Source of the DNA: Amphiscolops sp. MND2022
Taxonomy: Eukaryota
Direction: 5' to 3'
Assembly: GCA_964187785.1 (NCBI GenBank)
Contig: OZ076409.1
Span: forward strand, 99,078,001-99,142,000
DNA length: 64,000 bases
Both the position numbers and the translations under genes were made by a program. Shown one piece after another: positions 23,861 to 36,900 of the stretch. The notes under the pieces were generated by a model that made no database searches, had not been told where the DNA came from, and saw only the letters and a program-made list of their open reading frames with translations. How positions within the stretch are numbered: position 1 is the first letter of the stretch; each line of letters begins with the position of its first letter.

Positions 23861-24864
23861 ATTTCAAGGATGACAGTTAAGAATTGAAATTCAAACTTTG
23901 TTCACACTATTTTCCCCATGAAGTCACACTCTTTTGATGAAAATATCAACAACTTCCTGTTTTTTCGCGTGAAAAAATGTTTATTTTTGTACAAAGAAAA
24001 AAATCTTAACTTCCGGTTATGAAAGAAGGTTTTACTTTTAATTACGATAGTATGAACTTTTTAAGGAAATTGACTTTCAAAAAATTTGGCTTCATTTTAT
24101 TTATTTATTTTCGTCTCGGACATTTCAACTTTCGAAATTTCAATCTATACCTTTTCCATGTCAACTTCGCCAAAATGAAATTGAACTTTGCCAAGACGAA
24201 AATCAAGATCACGTGAACGAATTTCAATTTCGCTTTAGTGAAAAAGATTTTCGCCGATATGAAACTGAATATTGCCAAAAAGAAAATGACTTTTGCAATA
24301 TTAGAAACAGATTTTTTGTGTGAAATTGAGTTTCGCTACGGCGGAAATGAATTTCGTTCATGCAAAATTGATTCTCTTTTTGGCAAAGCTGAGTTGCACG
24401 TTGGCGATTTTCAATTTTGTTCAGGGGGAATTGACATTAATTTCGGCGGCGAATTTCCGATGAAAAAGGTATAGTAGATTTCAACTTCGGCGATTTTGAC
24501 CTGTCACCAACCCTTGTCTCCTCTAGCATAAATACGTTTCTCAGTCGTCAAGAACAAGAGAATATAAATGCATTAAGATTAAACTAAGAAGCTCTTTTGC
24601 ACAATTCAGGCTTGCAACAATATTCGAAATCAAAACTGTTACAACATTATCATCGCCGCCGCCGTCACAGGAGCCAAAATACTTCAAAGGGCGGCGGCAG
24701 TGGCGGTGACGTGGTAGGAACATTTGTTCAGCAACACAAAACTAGGGCGGAGGGGGCGGGGAAATGGAGAAAAGCCAAGATGGGGGGAGGGGTATGGACC
24801 AAAAGTGAGTGTATGCTGTGTGGGTGGTATATCGATGATGTAGGTGGGTGTGTCTCCCGTTCGC

Positions 24865-24906
24865 TCATCGCTTCGAGTGTTCCTTCTTCCAGTTTTGGAT
24901 CTCCAG
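24865..24906 (-). CDS. UBE4B: UBE4B exon 16 ([13 protein letters not shown])
   Basis: Acceptor cattaag|CTG, phase 0; matches the IxxW helix after the U-box; TGA at 24865-24867. Confidence 0.8.
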   Translation of the reverse strand: MEIQNWKKEHSKR

Positions 24907-27900
24907 CTTAATGTCGGGCAAGGTTGTTAAAGTGTTTCATACATGAATAAAAGAAAAAACTTCAATTTTTTTTTGAAAAAAAACACTTTCAGACACTTCT
25001 TTTCAGTTGTTTATGGTTTAGTTTCGGCTCTTTTCTGCCCCCCCCCCCCACCACCACCAAAATATTTTTGGAAAATTAGTGAAAATATTATAACAAATAG
25101 ATTTGAATAAAACCAGAAAGCTTCAGTTTTAAACTTATTCTGGAGGTGACAGTTAAGGATTCAGATACAAACTTTGTTCACACTTTTTCCTTAAGTAGTC
25201 ACGCATTTTTGATGAAGAAATCAACAGCTTCTTGTTTTAAGTCATAAATAGACACTTAATACGAACATAATTATAGTCAAAATGCGTGAACAATGTTTTG
25301 TTCAAACGGAAAACTACTCTAATAGAAGTTAACTTCCTGTTATGAAAGAAGATTTTACTTTTAATTAGGATAGTCTAAAGTTTTTAAGGAAAGTTATTTT
25401 CAAAATTTTTGGTGGTGGTGGGGGGGGGGCAGAAAAGAACCTTGGTTTCTGACTGTTCAATTTGTTTGGTACTTCTTACTACCCTTTTCAGATCAGAATG
25501 CCGCGGGTGAAAGCTGATATGAAGTGGATTACTTTCATGCTAAATATTCCTTAGTTGAATTTTTGTACAATGGAATATTTGGCAACAAATGAAAAACCGT
25601 TGTACATAACACATTGTTTTCTCTCGGGAGTTTTCCGAGAGGAAAAACAAACTACAAAAAACAGTATTTTTAGTTAAAAACCCCTATTTAAAACATTTTT
25701 CGTGCAAAAAAAGTGTATAATGGTCCTGTAACAACCTTGAGGTCGGGGCACTCCTGGACGTTTTCCTGGGACAGGGGTTGTCTGCTGAAGGGGTCGATAG
25801 CACTGTCCAGCAGGATGCGTGTCAACACAGTCCGGTCCATCACCTTGCCACTGGGTAGTCGCACGGGGTCGTTCATTATAGTCTAAACACACAAACGTCT
25901 TCATTGGTGTTCAATACAACCACCAGTGTTGTACAATTAATGGACCAGTGTTGTACAATCAAAATATTCCAACCTTTGAGAGCGATGACTCATTTAAAGG
26001 AATAATCATTTAAATGATAAAAGTTCAAAAAAACTCGGTCGCTTTGAGTGAATGTCTGAACGGTATGGAACCCCTGGCTGCGGAAAATTCACAAAACATC
26101 ACGAAAATTGAAAAACTGTAAGAAGTCTTAACTGCGGGTGAGTTGTATGCCATGAAGCTGTCATCCGAAGAAGGAGCCTCTATCTGGTTGAACGCGCTTC
26201 TCCTGTAGAAATATGGCTTCGCCCTAATCAAATCAGAATTCAGAGACGGCTTTGCTCTCCGATATGGATGGGAATCGAAAAATTTCGTGTGCATACGGTG
26301 AACCTTTTATGTCGCACGCTTTACACTGTGCAAAAGGCGGATATACCCATCTGCGGCACAATGAAATTCGCGACACATTCGCTAAGCTCCTAGGAGACGT
26401 CTGCAACGATATTGAAATTGAACCGAAACTTCAGCCGTTAGAAGGCGAGACCTTCGGTAATAAATCAACGAGCACTGACGATGAGGCTAGATTAGACATC
26501 GAAGCAAGCGGACTTTTCGATTCAAGATTCTGCCGAACCTTCTTCGATGTCAAAATATTTAACCTCTTCGCTAACTCCTGTTCGAAACAATATCAAGAAG
26601 CATACAAACACCACAAAGCTTCAAAGAAACGCAAAGACGAGCAACGTATCATAAATATCGAAAAGATATCATAGATATTGAAAAGACTACAGGATGAGCC
26701 GGACGCATCGAAAATCATCACAAGACTTGCGGTGAAGCTCAGCGACAAAACTTCCCAGCCATACGCTGATGTCGTAGGATTTATCAAGACGAAGGTTGGT
26801 TTTGCGCTTCTGAGGAGTTCAATTCTATGCATTAGAGGATGTAGATCTCTTAAACACACGGTCATTTAAACCGAGTCCTCTTTGAGCGCAATCGTCGAAG
26901 TGGGAAGGCTCTCAAGCTCTCAGTAATTTCACAACGAGCAATTCAATTGTGATACGCTGGTTTATAGACGAGCATCTACTTTGCGATCCGGTGTTTTGTT
27001 TATGAATTAGTCCTCCACTTACCGAGGTTTTCAAATTTATTTTTACGGGACCGTTACTGACACTGCAAGGAGGCTCTGCAGCTTGCAGCGTATCGACACC
27101 TTCCTCGTGTTTTTGACTAGCCCCGTCTGTAACATGGGCCAGGCATACATAGACCATTACCTTTTTGGTTTCGATGCGCACGGTCCATTTGACGACGTAA
27201 TAAAAATAGTTCAAATAAGAAGAAACTGTACACTCAAGAAAATTCAACTCCAGCTATAGAGATGGGAGCGTGCAAAACCTCCCAATTCGATCTATTTTAT
27301 ATCGTCGTTCAATTTAGGTTTTAGGGTTACATGACATTCCATCCTATGCAATTTCAACCGTTGACAATTTTAACCTACTGCATTTTCAACCTTACCCTGG
27401 TTGAAACTGCTTGAGCTTTTACAAGTTTTTGTAGGTTACCAAGCTAACTTTTCATAATTTTATAAAATTCTCAAGGAGACTTCCATGAATTAAAATTCCA
27501 CTGATTCAATTTATTAATTTTATCAAGCTGTTTGTAAGACGCATCCTAAATTTGGCGGCAGACACGAAGTTTTGCAGGTTTCAAAAAGACGCAACTCTAT
27601 TATTGAAAGCAGGGTTCATGTCATGGGGGGGGGGGAGGGGTGACTGGCTCATGACAGACCTGAGTGATGGGGTCTCTGTACTGGTCGGGGGCGTCTTCGA
27701 AGTCCTCTTCCATGCGCAGGTTGTCCACGTAGCTCTGCTTGGCGTCGGCCGCGATGCGCATGAAGCGCTCCAACTCACTCACCGTCTTCAGCCCCACTCG
27801 CTTCAACGTCTCGTCCGCCCCGATAAACACTTCCTCTCGATACGACCTACAACAACAGGAGAGTGAATAACAACACGCAACAACTTACACACACACACGT

Positions 27901-30900
27901 CGGATAACTAACGTCAAAAATTCGGATATAGCGCTTTACTTTGAATATAACGTCAAAAATTCGGATATAGCGATTTACTTTAGATATAACGTCAAAAATT
28001 CGGATATAGCGCTTTACTTTAGATATAACGTCAACAATTCGGATATAGCGCTTTACTTTAGATATAACGTCAGAAATTCGGATATAGCGCTTTACTTTAG
28101 ATATAACGTCAAAAATTCGGATATAACGCTTTACTTTAGATATAACGTCAAAAATTCGGATAGAGCGCTTTACTTTAGATATAACGTCAAAAATTCGGAT
28201 ATAGCGATTTACTTTAGATATAACGTCAAAAATTCAGATATAGCGATTTACTTTAGATATAACGTCAACAATTCGGATATAGCGCTTTACTTTAGATATA
28301 ACGTCAAAAATTCGGATATAGCGCTTTACTTTAGATATAACGTCAAAAATTCGGATAGAGCGCTTTACTTTAGATATAACGTCAAAAATTCGGATATAGC
28401 GATTTACTTTAGATATAACGTCAAAAATTCAGATATAGCGATTTACTTTAGATATAACGTCAAAAATTCGGATATAGCGCTTTACTTTTGATATAACGTC
28501 AAAAATTCGGATAGAGCGCTTTACTTTAGATATAACGTCAAAAATTCGGATATAGCGATTTACTTTAGATATAACGTCAAAAATTCAGATATAGCGATTT
28601 ACTTTAGATATAACGTCAAAAATTCGGATATAGCGCTTTACTTTTGATATAACGTCAAAAATTCGGATATAGCGCTTTACTTTAGATATAACGTCAAAAA
28701 TTCGGATATAGCGCTTTACTTTAGATATAACGTCAAAAATTCGGATAGAGCGCTTTACTTTAGATATAACGTCAAAAATTCGGATATAGCGATTTACTTT
28801 AGATATAACGTCAAAAATTCAGATATAGCGATTTACTTTTGATATAACGTCAAAAATTCGGATATAGCGCTTTACTTTAGATATAACGGCAAAAATTCGG
28901 ATATAGCGCTTTACTTTAGATATAACGTCAAAAATTCGGATAGAGCGCTTTACTTTAGATATAACGTCAAAAATTCGGATATAGCAATTTACTTTAGATA
29001 TAACGTCAAAAATTCAGATATAGCGATTTACTTTAGATATAACGTCAAAAATTCGGATATAGCGCTTTACTTTTGATATAACGTCAAAAATTCGGATATA
29101 GCGCTTTACTTTAGATATAACGTCAAAAATTCGGATATAGCGCTTTACTTTAGATATAACGTCAGAAATTCGGATATAGCGCTTTACTTTGAATATGACG
29201 TCAAAAATTCGGATATAGCGATTTACTTTAGATATAACGTCAAAAATTCGGATATAGCGCTTTACTTTAGATATAACGTCCAAAATTCGGATATAGCGCT
29301 TTACTTTAGATATAACGTCAAAAATTCGGATAGAGCGCTTTACTTTAGATATAACGTCAAAAATTCGGATATAGCGATTTACTTTAGATATAACGTCAAA
29401 AATTCAGATATAGCGATTTACTTTAGATATAACGTCAAAAATTCGGATATAGCGCTTTACTTTTGATATAACGTCAAAAATTCGGATATAGCGCTTTACT
29501 TTAGATATAACGTCAAAAATTCGGATATAGCGCTTTACTTTAGATATAACGTCAAAAATTCGGATAGAGCGCTTTACTTTAGATATAACGTCAAAAATTC
29601 GGATATAGCGATTTACTTTAGATATAACGTCAAAAATTCAGATATAGCGATTTACTTTAGATATAACGTCAAAAATTCGGAAATAGCGCTTTACTTTTGA
29701 TATAACGTCAAAAATTCGGATATACCGCTTTACTTTAGATATAACGTTAAAAATTCGGATATAGCGCTTTACTTTAGATATAACGTCAAAAATTCGGATA
29801 GAGCGCTTTACTTTAGATATAACGTCAAAAATTCGGATATAGCGCTTTACTTTAGATATAACGTCAAAAATTCGGATATAGCGATTTACTTTAGATATAA
29901 CGTCAAAAATTCAGATATAGCGATTTACTTTAGATATAACGTCGAAAATTCGGATATAGCGCTTTACTTTTGATATAACGTCAAAAATTCGGATATAGCG
30001 CTTTACTTTAGATATAACGTCAAAAATTCGGATATAGCGCTTTACTTTAGATATAACGTCAAAAATTCGGATAGAGCGCTTTACTTTAGATATAACGTCA
30101 AACATTCGGATATAGCGATTTACTTTAGATATAACGTCAAAAATTCGGATATAGCGCTTTACTTTAGATATAACGTCAAAAATTTGGATAGAGCGCTTTA
30201 CTTTAGATATAACGTCAAAAATTCGGATATAGCGATTTACTTTAGATATAACGTCAAAAACTCAGATATAGCGATTTACTTTAGATATAACGTCAAAAAT
30301 TCGGATATAGCGCTTTACTTTTGATATAACGTCAAAAACTCGGATATAGCGCTCTACTTTAGATATAACGTCAAAAATTCGGATATAGCGATTTACTTTA
30401 GATATAACGTCAAAAATTCAGATATAGCGATTTACTTTAGATATAACGTCAAAAATTCGGATATAGCGCTTTACTTTTGATATAACGTCAAAAATTCGGA
30501 TATAGCGCTTTACTTTAGATATAACGTCAAAAATTCGGATATAGCGCTTTACTTTAGATATAACGTCAAAAATTCGGATATAGCGCTTTACTTTAGATAT
30601 AACGTCAAAAATTCGGATATAGCGATTTACTTTAGATATAACGTCAAAAATTCGGATATAGCGCTTTACTTTAGATATAACGTCAAAAATTCGGATAGAG
30701 CGCTTTACTTTAGATATAACGTCAAAAATTCGGATATAGCGATTTACTTTAGATATAACGTCAAAAATTCAGATATAGCGATTTACTTTAGATATAACGT
30801 CAAAAATTCGGATATAGCGCTTTACTTTTGATATAACGTCAAAAATTCGGATATAGCGCTTTACTTTAGATATAACGTCAAAAATTCGGATATAGTGCTT

Positions 30901-33900
30901 TACTTTAGATATAACGTCAAAAATTCGGATATAGCGCTTTACTTTAGATATAACGTCAAAAATTCGGATATAGCGATTTACTTTAGATATAACGTCAAAA
31001 ATTCGGATATAGCGATTTACTTTAGATATAACGTCAAAAATTCGGATATAGCGCTTTACTTTAGATATAACGTCAAAAATTCGGATAGAGCGCTTTACTT
31101 TAGATATAACGTCAAAAATTCGGATATAGCGATTTACTTTAGATATAACGTCAAAAATTCAGATATAGCGATTTACTTTTGATATAACGTCAAAAATTCG
31201 GATATAGCGCTTTACTTTAGATATAACGTCAAAAATTCGGATATAGCGCTTCACTTTAGATATAACGTCAAAAATTCGGATATAGCGCTTTACTTTAGAT
31301 ATAACGTCAAAAATTCGGATATAGCGATTTACTTTAGATATAACGTCAAAAATTCAGATATAGCGATTTACTTTTGATATAACGTCAAAAATTCGGATAT
31401 AGCGCTTTACTTTAGATATAACGTCAAAAATTCGGATATAGCGCTTTACTTTAGATATAACGTCAAAAATTCGGATATAGCGCTTTACTTTAGATATAAC
31501 GTCAAAAATTCGGATATAGCGATTTACTTTAGATATAACGTCAAAAATTCAGATATAGCGATTTACTTTAGATATAACGTCAAAAATTCGGATATAGCGC
31601 TTTACTTTAGATATAACGTCAAAAATTCGGATAGAGCGCTTTACTTTAGATATAACGTCAAAAATTCGGATATAGCGATTTACTTTAGATATAACGTCAA
31701 AAATTCAGATATAGCGATTTACTTTTGATATAACGTCAAAAATTCGGATATAGCGCTTTACTTTAGATATAACGTCAAAAATTCGGATATAGCGCTTTAC
31801 TTTAGATATAACGTCAAAAATTCGGATATAGCGCTTTACTTTAGATATAACGTCAAAAATTCGGATATAGCGATTTACTTTAGATATAACGTCAAAAATT
31901 CAGATATAGCGATTTACTTTTGATATAACGTCAAAAATTCGGATATAGCGCTTTACTTTAGATATAACGTCAAAAATTCGGATATAGCGCTTTACTTTAG
32001 ATATAACGTCAAAAATTCGGATATAGCGCTTTACTTTAGATATAACGTCAAAAATTCGGATATAGCGATTTACTTTAGATATAACGTCAAAAATTCAGAT
32101 ATAGCGATTTACTTTAGATATAACGTCAAAAATTCGGATATAGCGCTTTACTTTTGATATAACGTCAAAAATTCGGATATAGCGCTTTACTTTAGATATA
32201 ACGTCAAAAATTCGGATATAGCGCTTTACTTTGAATATAACGTCAAAAATTCGGATATAGCGATTTACTTTAGATATAACGTCAAAAATTCGGATATAGC
32301 GATTTACTTTAGATATAACGTCAAAAATTCGGATATAGCGCTTTACTTTAGATATAACGTCTATACGAATTTGGGTTGTTCCGGGCGTCACATTTTGCTA
32401 TTTTGAAAAATAGGCCCCTGCTTGGCACAGTATTATTTCTGCTTTTAGACTTTCATATTCAATTATAGAAGCATATCTGGAATAACCAACACTCCTGTTT
32501 AATCATTATATAGTGCACAGTTAATCACTGTATCAGTTTACACCGCCTTCAATTTTTCTCGGACTAAAGAAACTATAACTACCAACGGTAGACGAAGTTT
32601 CGCATGCGCATTTGAATGCAGGCCAAGCTCTTGGCGAACGAATAATTAATCTTCCTTCGCTTCATTTCAATAAGCCGGCGTACGAAAGCATATTTACGAA
32701 CATTCGTTCGCTTCATCTCAATGAATTCGGCGTACGAATGCATAATTACCACTCGCTCGTTCAATCGCACGAGAAACGAATTGTTGTCGGCAGCTTGAGA
32801 AATTTAAATCTCACTAACGTCTAAAGTTCAATGTTTCAAGAAATTTTATATAAGGGGACCCTTACTGACACAGCATTGAGGCTCTGCAGCGAATTGGCAC
32901 TATCTTATCATTCAATCATCAAATTGCCCTATTTGAACACTGGGCCATCATTACCGTCGCAGACCAACACTTTCGCTTAGCACGGTCCCCTGCGTTTAAA
33001 GAGCATTAACTGATTTAGTATATAAACAGAGCATTAACAGACAAAACAGTGCATTAACAAACTTTTTTTTCTATTTCCTTTTTTCTTTTTTCTACTTCAC
33101 TTTTTTAATATACATCAATAAGGACCGCGCGTATTGAAACCACAAGTTAGTTTTTCAAAAGCTTGTTTGTGCCCATAGTACAGAGGGGGCGTGTCCGTAA
33201 AGGAAAATTGAAAGAAAAAGCAACTTCTTTCAACAAACTTTTTGTTCACGCAAGAGTTTGGCTCAAACTGATTATTCGATGGCTTGTTCATGCATCTCGA
33301 AAATCATTTCAGAATCGACTGAAATTAATTTCTCGATGCATGAACAAGCCATCGAATACCTAGTACGTGAAGCTTATTGATCAATACAATAATAATTCAG
33401 CAGCAGCAGCTGGGTAGAGTAGAGAGTGTGACGTCACCAACAGTACCTGTCATCTCCGGCGATGGCCTCGACCAGTTCCCGGCTGTCCAGGTGCAAGTAG
33501 AGGTCCGTGATCTGGTCCAGCAGCACTCGAGGCTGGAAGCCGTACTTCTCTCTATTCTCTGCAACATAAGAAATAACGATACTTCTACATCTACAGTCTG
33601 TTACGCAAAATTGACAACAATTTGTAAACTTTCATTACCTTTTACCAACACAACAGAAACCAAATTGTAGTCGGCACTTTTCTTGAGAAAAGAGTTGACT
33701 ATAGTCATGGCTTTTCGTGAGTGTTTTTTCGATACATCTGAAGTGACCAAAATAGTTCTACAGAAAGTTATACAAAATTTTAAATTTCACCTGTTGGCCC
33801 AGGGGAACTGAACCAAAAAGGTTTTTCCTGTTTTCCGCGTAACATACATTACCGGGCGAGACTAAAGGGTCCCCTTCAATTTTTTTGGAGTTTTGCGACA

Positions 33901-36900
33901 GAATGGATGTTGAAAAATCCCAAAGGGTCCTCCCTTTCAGTTTTTTCGGCATTGTGAGACTTTTTTCGTTTTTTTTTCTTAGGAATGTACAGGGTCCCCA
34001 ATTCACCAATACTTTGACACTTTGAAGTCCTTTTGCTATTTTTGAGCCTTAGATATGGCGCCGACTTGGGCCGGTTCCGGCTTGTTTACATAAGAATTTT
34101 TTGGATGGATTCATCGAGAACGGCTTGTAGACTGAAGGAAATTGAACGCGAATCTAAGTTTCCGGAGATCAGAGCTTCCGGTTGGTATGAAAAAGCTGAT
34201 GTTCAGTCACTTGTTGTTCAGAAAACTTGATTTGAGAAATGTTGTCGATTTTGCCGAAACAGACTGTATGCGAAATAGTGATATACTTTTTAAGAAGCGA
34301 ACAAATTTGTTAGAATTCAAAATCTATTCAAAGTGCCGAACCACTTACAAATGTTAACCAAATAATAACTTTAGTCCATATCTTTTCATTTTTGGTATTT
34401 TTAGTCGGCGTTTTTCTTGTGACTATTACAGTGGTTAGTTTTTTTTCGTCAGACCATAGACCTCATCGTGTATGTGCCACTTTTTACAGACTTCACGTGT
34501 ACTCGTCAGTACAGTCTTTACTCGGTTTACGGTGAACCCAGCGGTCACGGGTTCGAATCCTTGCTTTAGCCAGAAACTTTTTCGAGCAATTTTTTTCGGC
34601 ACTGTGCGACTTTTCGAATTTTTTACCTTCAAAGGATCACTCTTCAATTTATTTGATATTTTGCAACAAACTGGATTTTCAAAAAGCTCAAAGGGTGCCC
34701 CTTTTACAGGTTTAAAAACTGCGCTTTTTGAGCCTTAGATATAGCGCCGACTTTAGACGTTCCCGTCTTGTTTGAAATTTATCATAATATCTCGAGAACT
34801 CTTAACAGAAAGTGTTTGAGACAAACTTTGTGCCTTTGATTCAGATCTCAACACTTTTTCTGAAAACGCCCTCCTTAAAAATTTAAACCGCAAAATGCGA
34901 CAACTTGCAAGTGTATTTGACTGTTCCATTGATGATAATCAGCCGTACATACAAAAGTTCAGCCAGTTGAAAAAAGCACCGATACTTTTGACAATGGTTC
35001 TTTCAAAAATTTTCAACCTGAGACAAAACGAAATATTCTGAGTGAAAAACTTTCCCATGAACCATAAACACAGAATTATTTCAATTCATTTGAACTAATT
35101 CAACCAACAATTCAGCATGTTTTCATGAACTCACTTACCACTGTCAAAACCGGCCGAAAATTATTAACCAGCCGTACATGCTGTGAACCAGGACGAAAAA
35201 CGAACTACTGAAAAAGGTGCCAAAAATAGATCGAACTCCTTTGTTCACTTAATGACGTCACGACTTTTTGTACATGAATCGAATTCATCGCTGCTAAAAA
35301 AACTTGCTGCTCTTTTAAGCAAAATTTTCCTCAGCCGCCACGCTGTCCGTAAATGGAAAGCGATAGATCTACTAAAGAACCGTATGTTCCTGAAGTTCTG
35401 CAGCCTTCAAACAAGAACAGCCAATGAAAAGGACTTCAACTCAAAAAAAAATCAGACACCTTCAAGTCTCAATTTATGGAAAACAAAGTAACGGAAGACT
35501 TAGAGCTAAATATTCTCTACAGATCTAAAAAGTCAAGGAATGGCAATTCGAAAGCTTTTTGGTAGTATGAAATTGAGAATTCATTCAGTAAAGAAACCTT
35601 GACGCTTTGAAGTACTTTTGCTGTTTTTGACCCTTAAGTGGGGTGCCGACTTGTTGAACAACAGCTAATGGTGTTTCCGGCGCAATGAGCGACAACTTCC
35701 TTTACACCTAGTCATGATTGCGACTTTTTCCTATATTAAACTGTTTTTCACGTTGAAACGTTGTTTACATTGGCCCAAACCATGAAACAAAACTATAGAA
35801 AAAGTTTAAATGCTAACAAATATTTTAGAAAAATGTGTCAAATGTATAAATTATGAGCAGTACGAACAAGGAATATAGATGTATAATATATATCACGATT
35901 ATTAAATCCTTAAAATGTGTTGAGTTTTCTGGTAATTAAAATTGAGGGTTTTTCCTGGTGTGTAATCAAGTCTTTTTGTTTTTTGTTATAATAATTTCAC
36001 TAATTTTCTTTTTCTAAAAAGGCTTTGGCAGTGGGGGGGTCGCTAGGGTTGGGGTTCAGAAAAGAGCCGGGTAAACTGTGTGACTCACCGATATTGAGTT
36101 CGTTATACTTGGGTCCGACCAGCTGTGCCAGATAGCAGTTGAGCATGGCAGCCAGTCGTCCTATGATCTCTGGCAAAAGGAACGGTCTCTGGACGTCTCG
36201 CGTGAGGTAATGGAACATGACCAGCGTCTCGTTGACCAGCGTCATGTAGCTCTTGCACTGGCTCTCATCCTCCGCTAATTTCTTCTTCTTCGCACTCTGC
36301 TGTTCCCGAGACAACTTGTTCCACTCCTGAAACAACACATCTTTTTATTGTACGGAAAAATGTTTTTTTTTCGTTTTAGTCGGCGCTTTTTGTGAAGCAA
36401 AAATGCCAGACTCTTGCCAAGATCCTTTTTTTTCTCCAGACCACAGACCTCACACTGAAAGGCCCACTTTTTACAGAAACTACAAAAACTACTAAATAAG
36501 GTGGGGGAGCGGAAAATTAGTTCAAAGGCTCCCTTTCGTTTATACTTTTTTAACGAAACCTAAAATTCGAAACCTACCCTTTCGATTTTGTTTCGTGAGA
36601 CCTTTTTTCGAAAATTTTTTAATGTCTCCAAACGGTCCCCCTTCGAGTTTTCTGATATTTTGCAACGAAATTAACGATTTAAAAAATTTGGACGGGTCCC
36701 CTTTCAGATTTTTCAGGACTTTCTCAATTTTGTCTGATATTAGGTTTTGTCAAAATATATTCAATATTTTTTTTCAATATAATCCGAGTTATATTGCGTT
36801 TTATTTAGGAGGAGGTTCGAAAACAGTTTTTCATGAAAACGTCCAACGCATATTTTAAACACTGCGCTATTGGAGCCTTAGATATAGCGCCGACTTTAGG

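Noticed and set aside
27901..32361. CRISPR-like array, or repeat-protein ORFs such as ([13 protein letters not shown])n
   Set aside because: Monomers are contiguous with no unique spacers and no cas genes; the ORFs arise only because 39 is divisible by 3.
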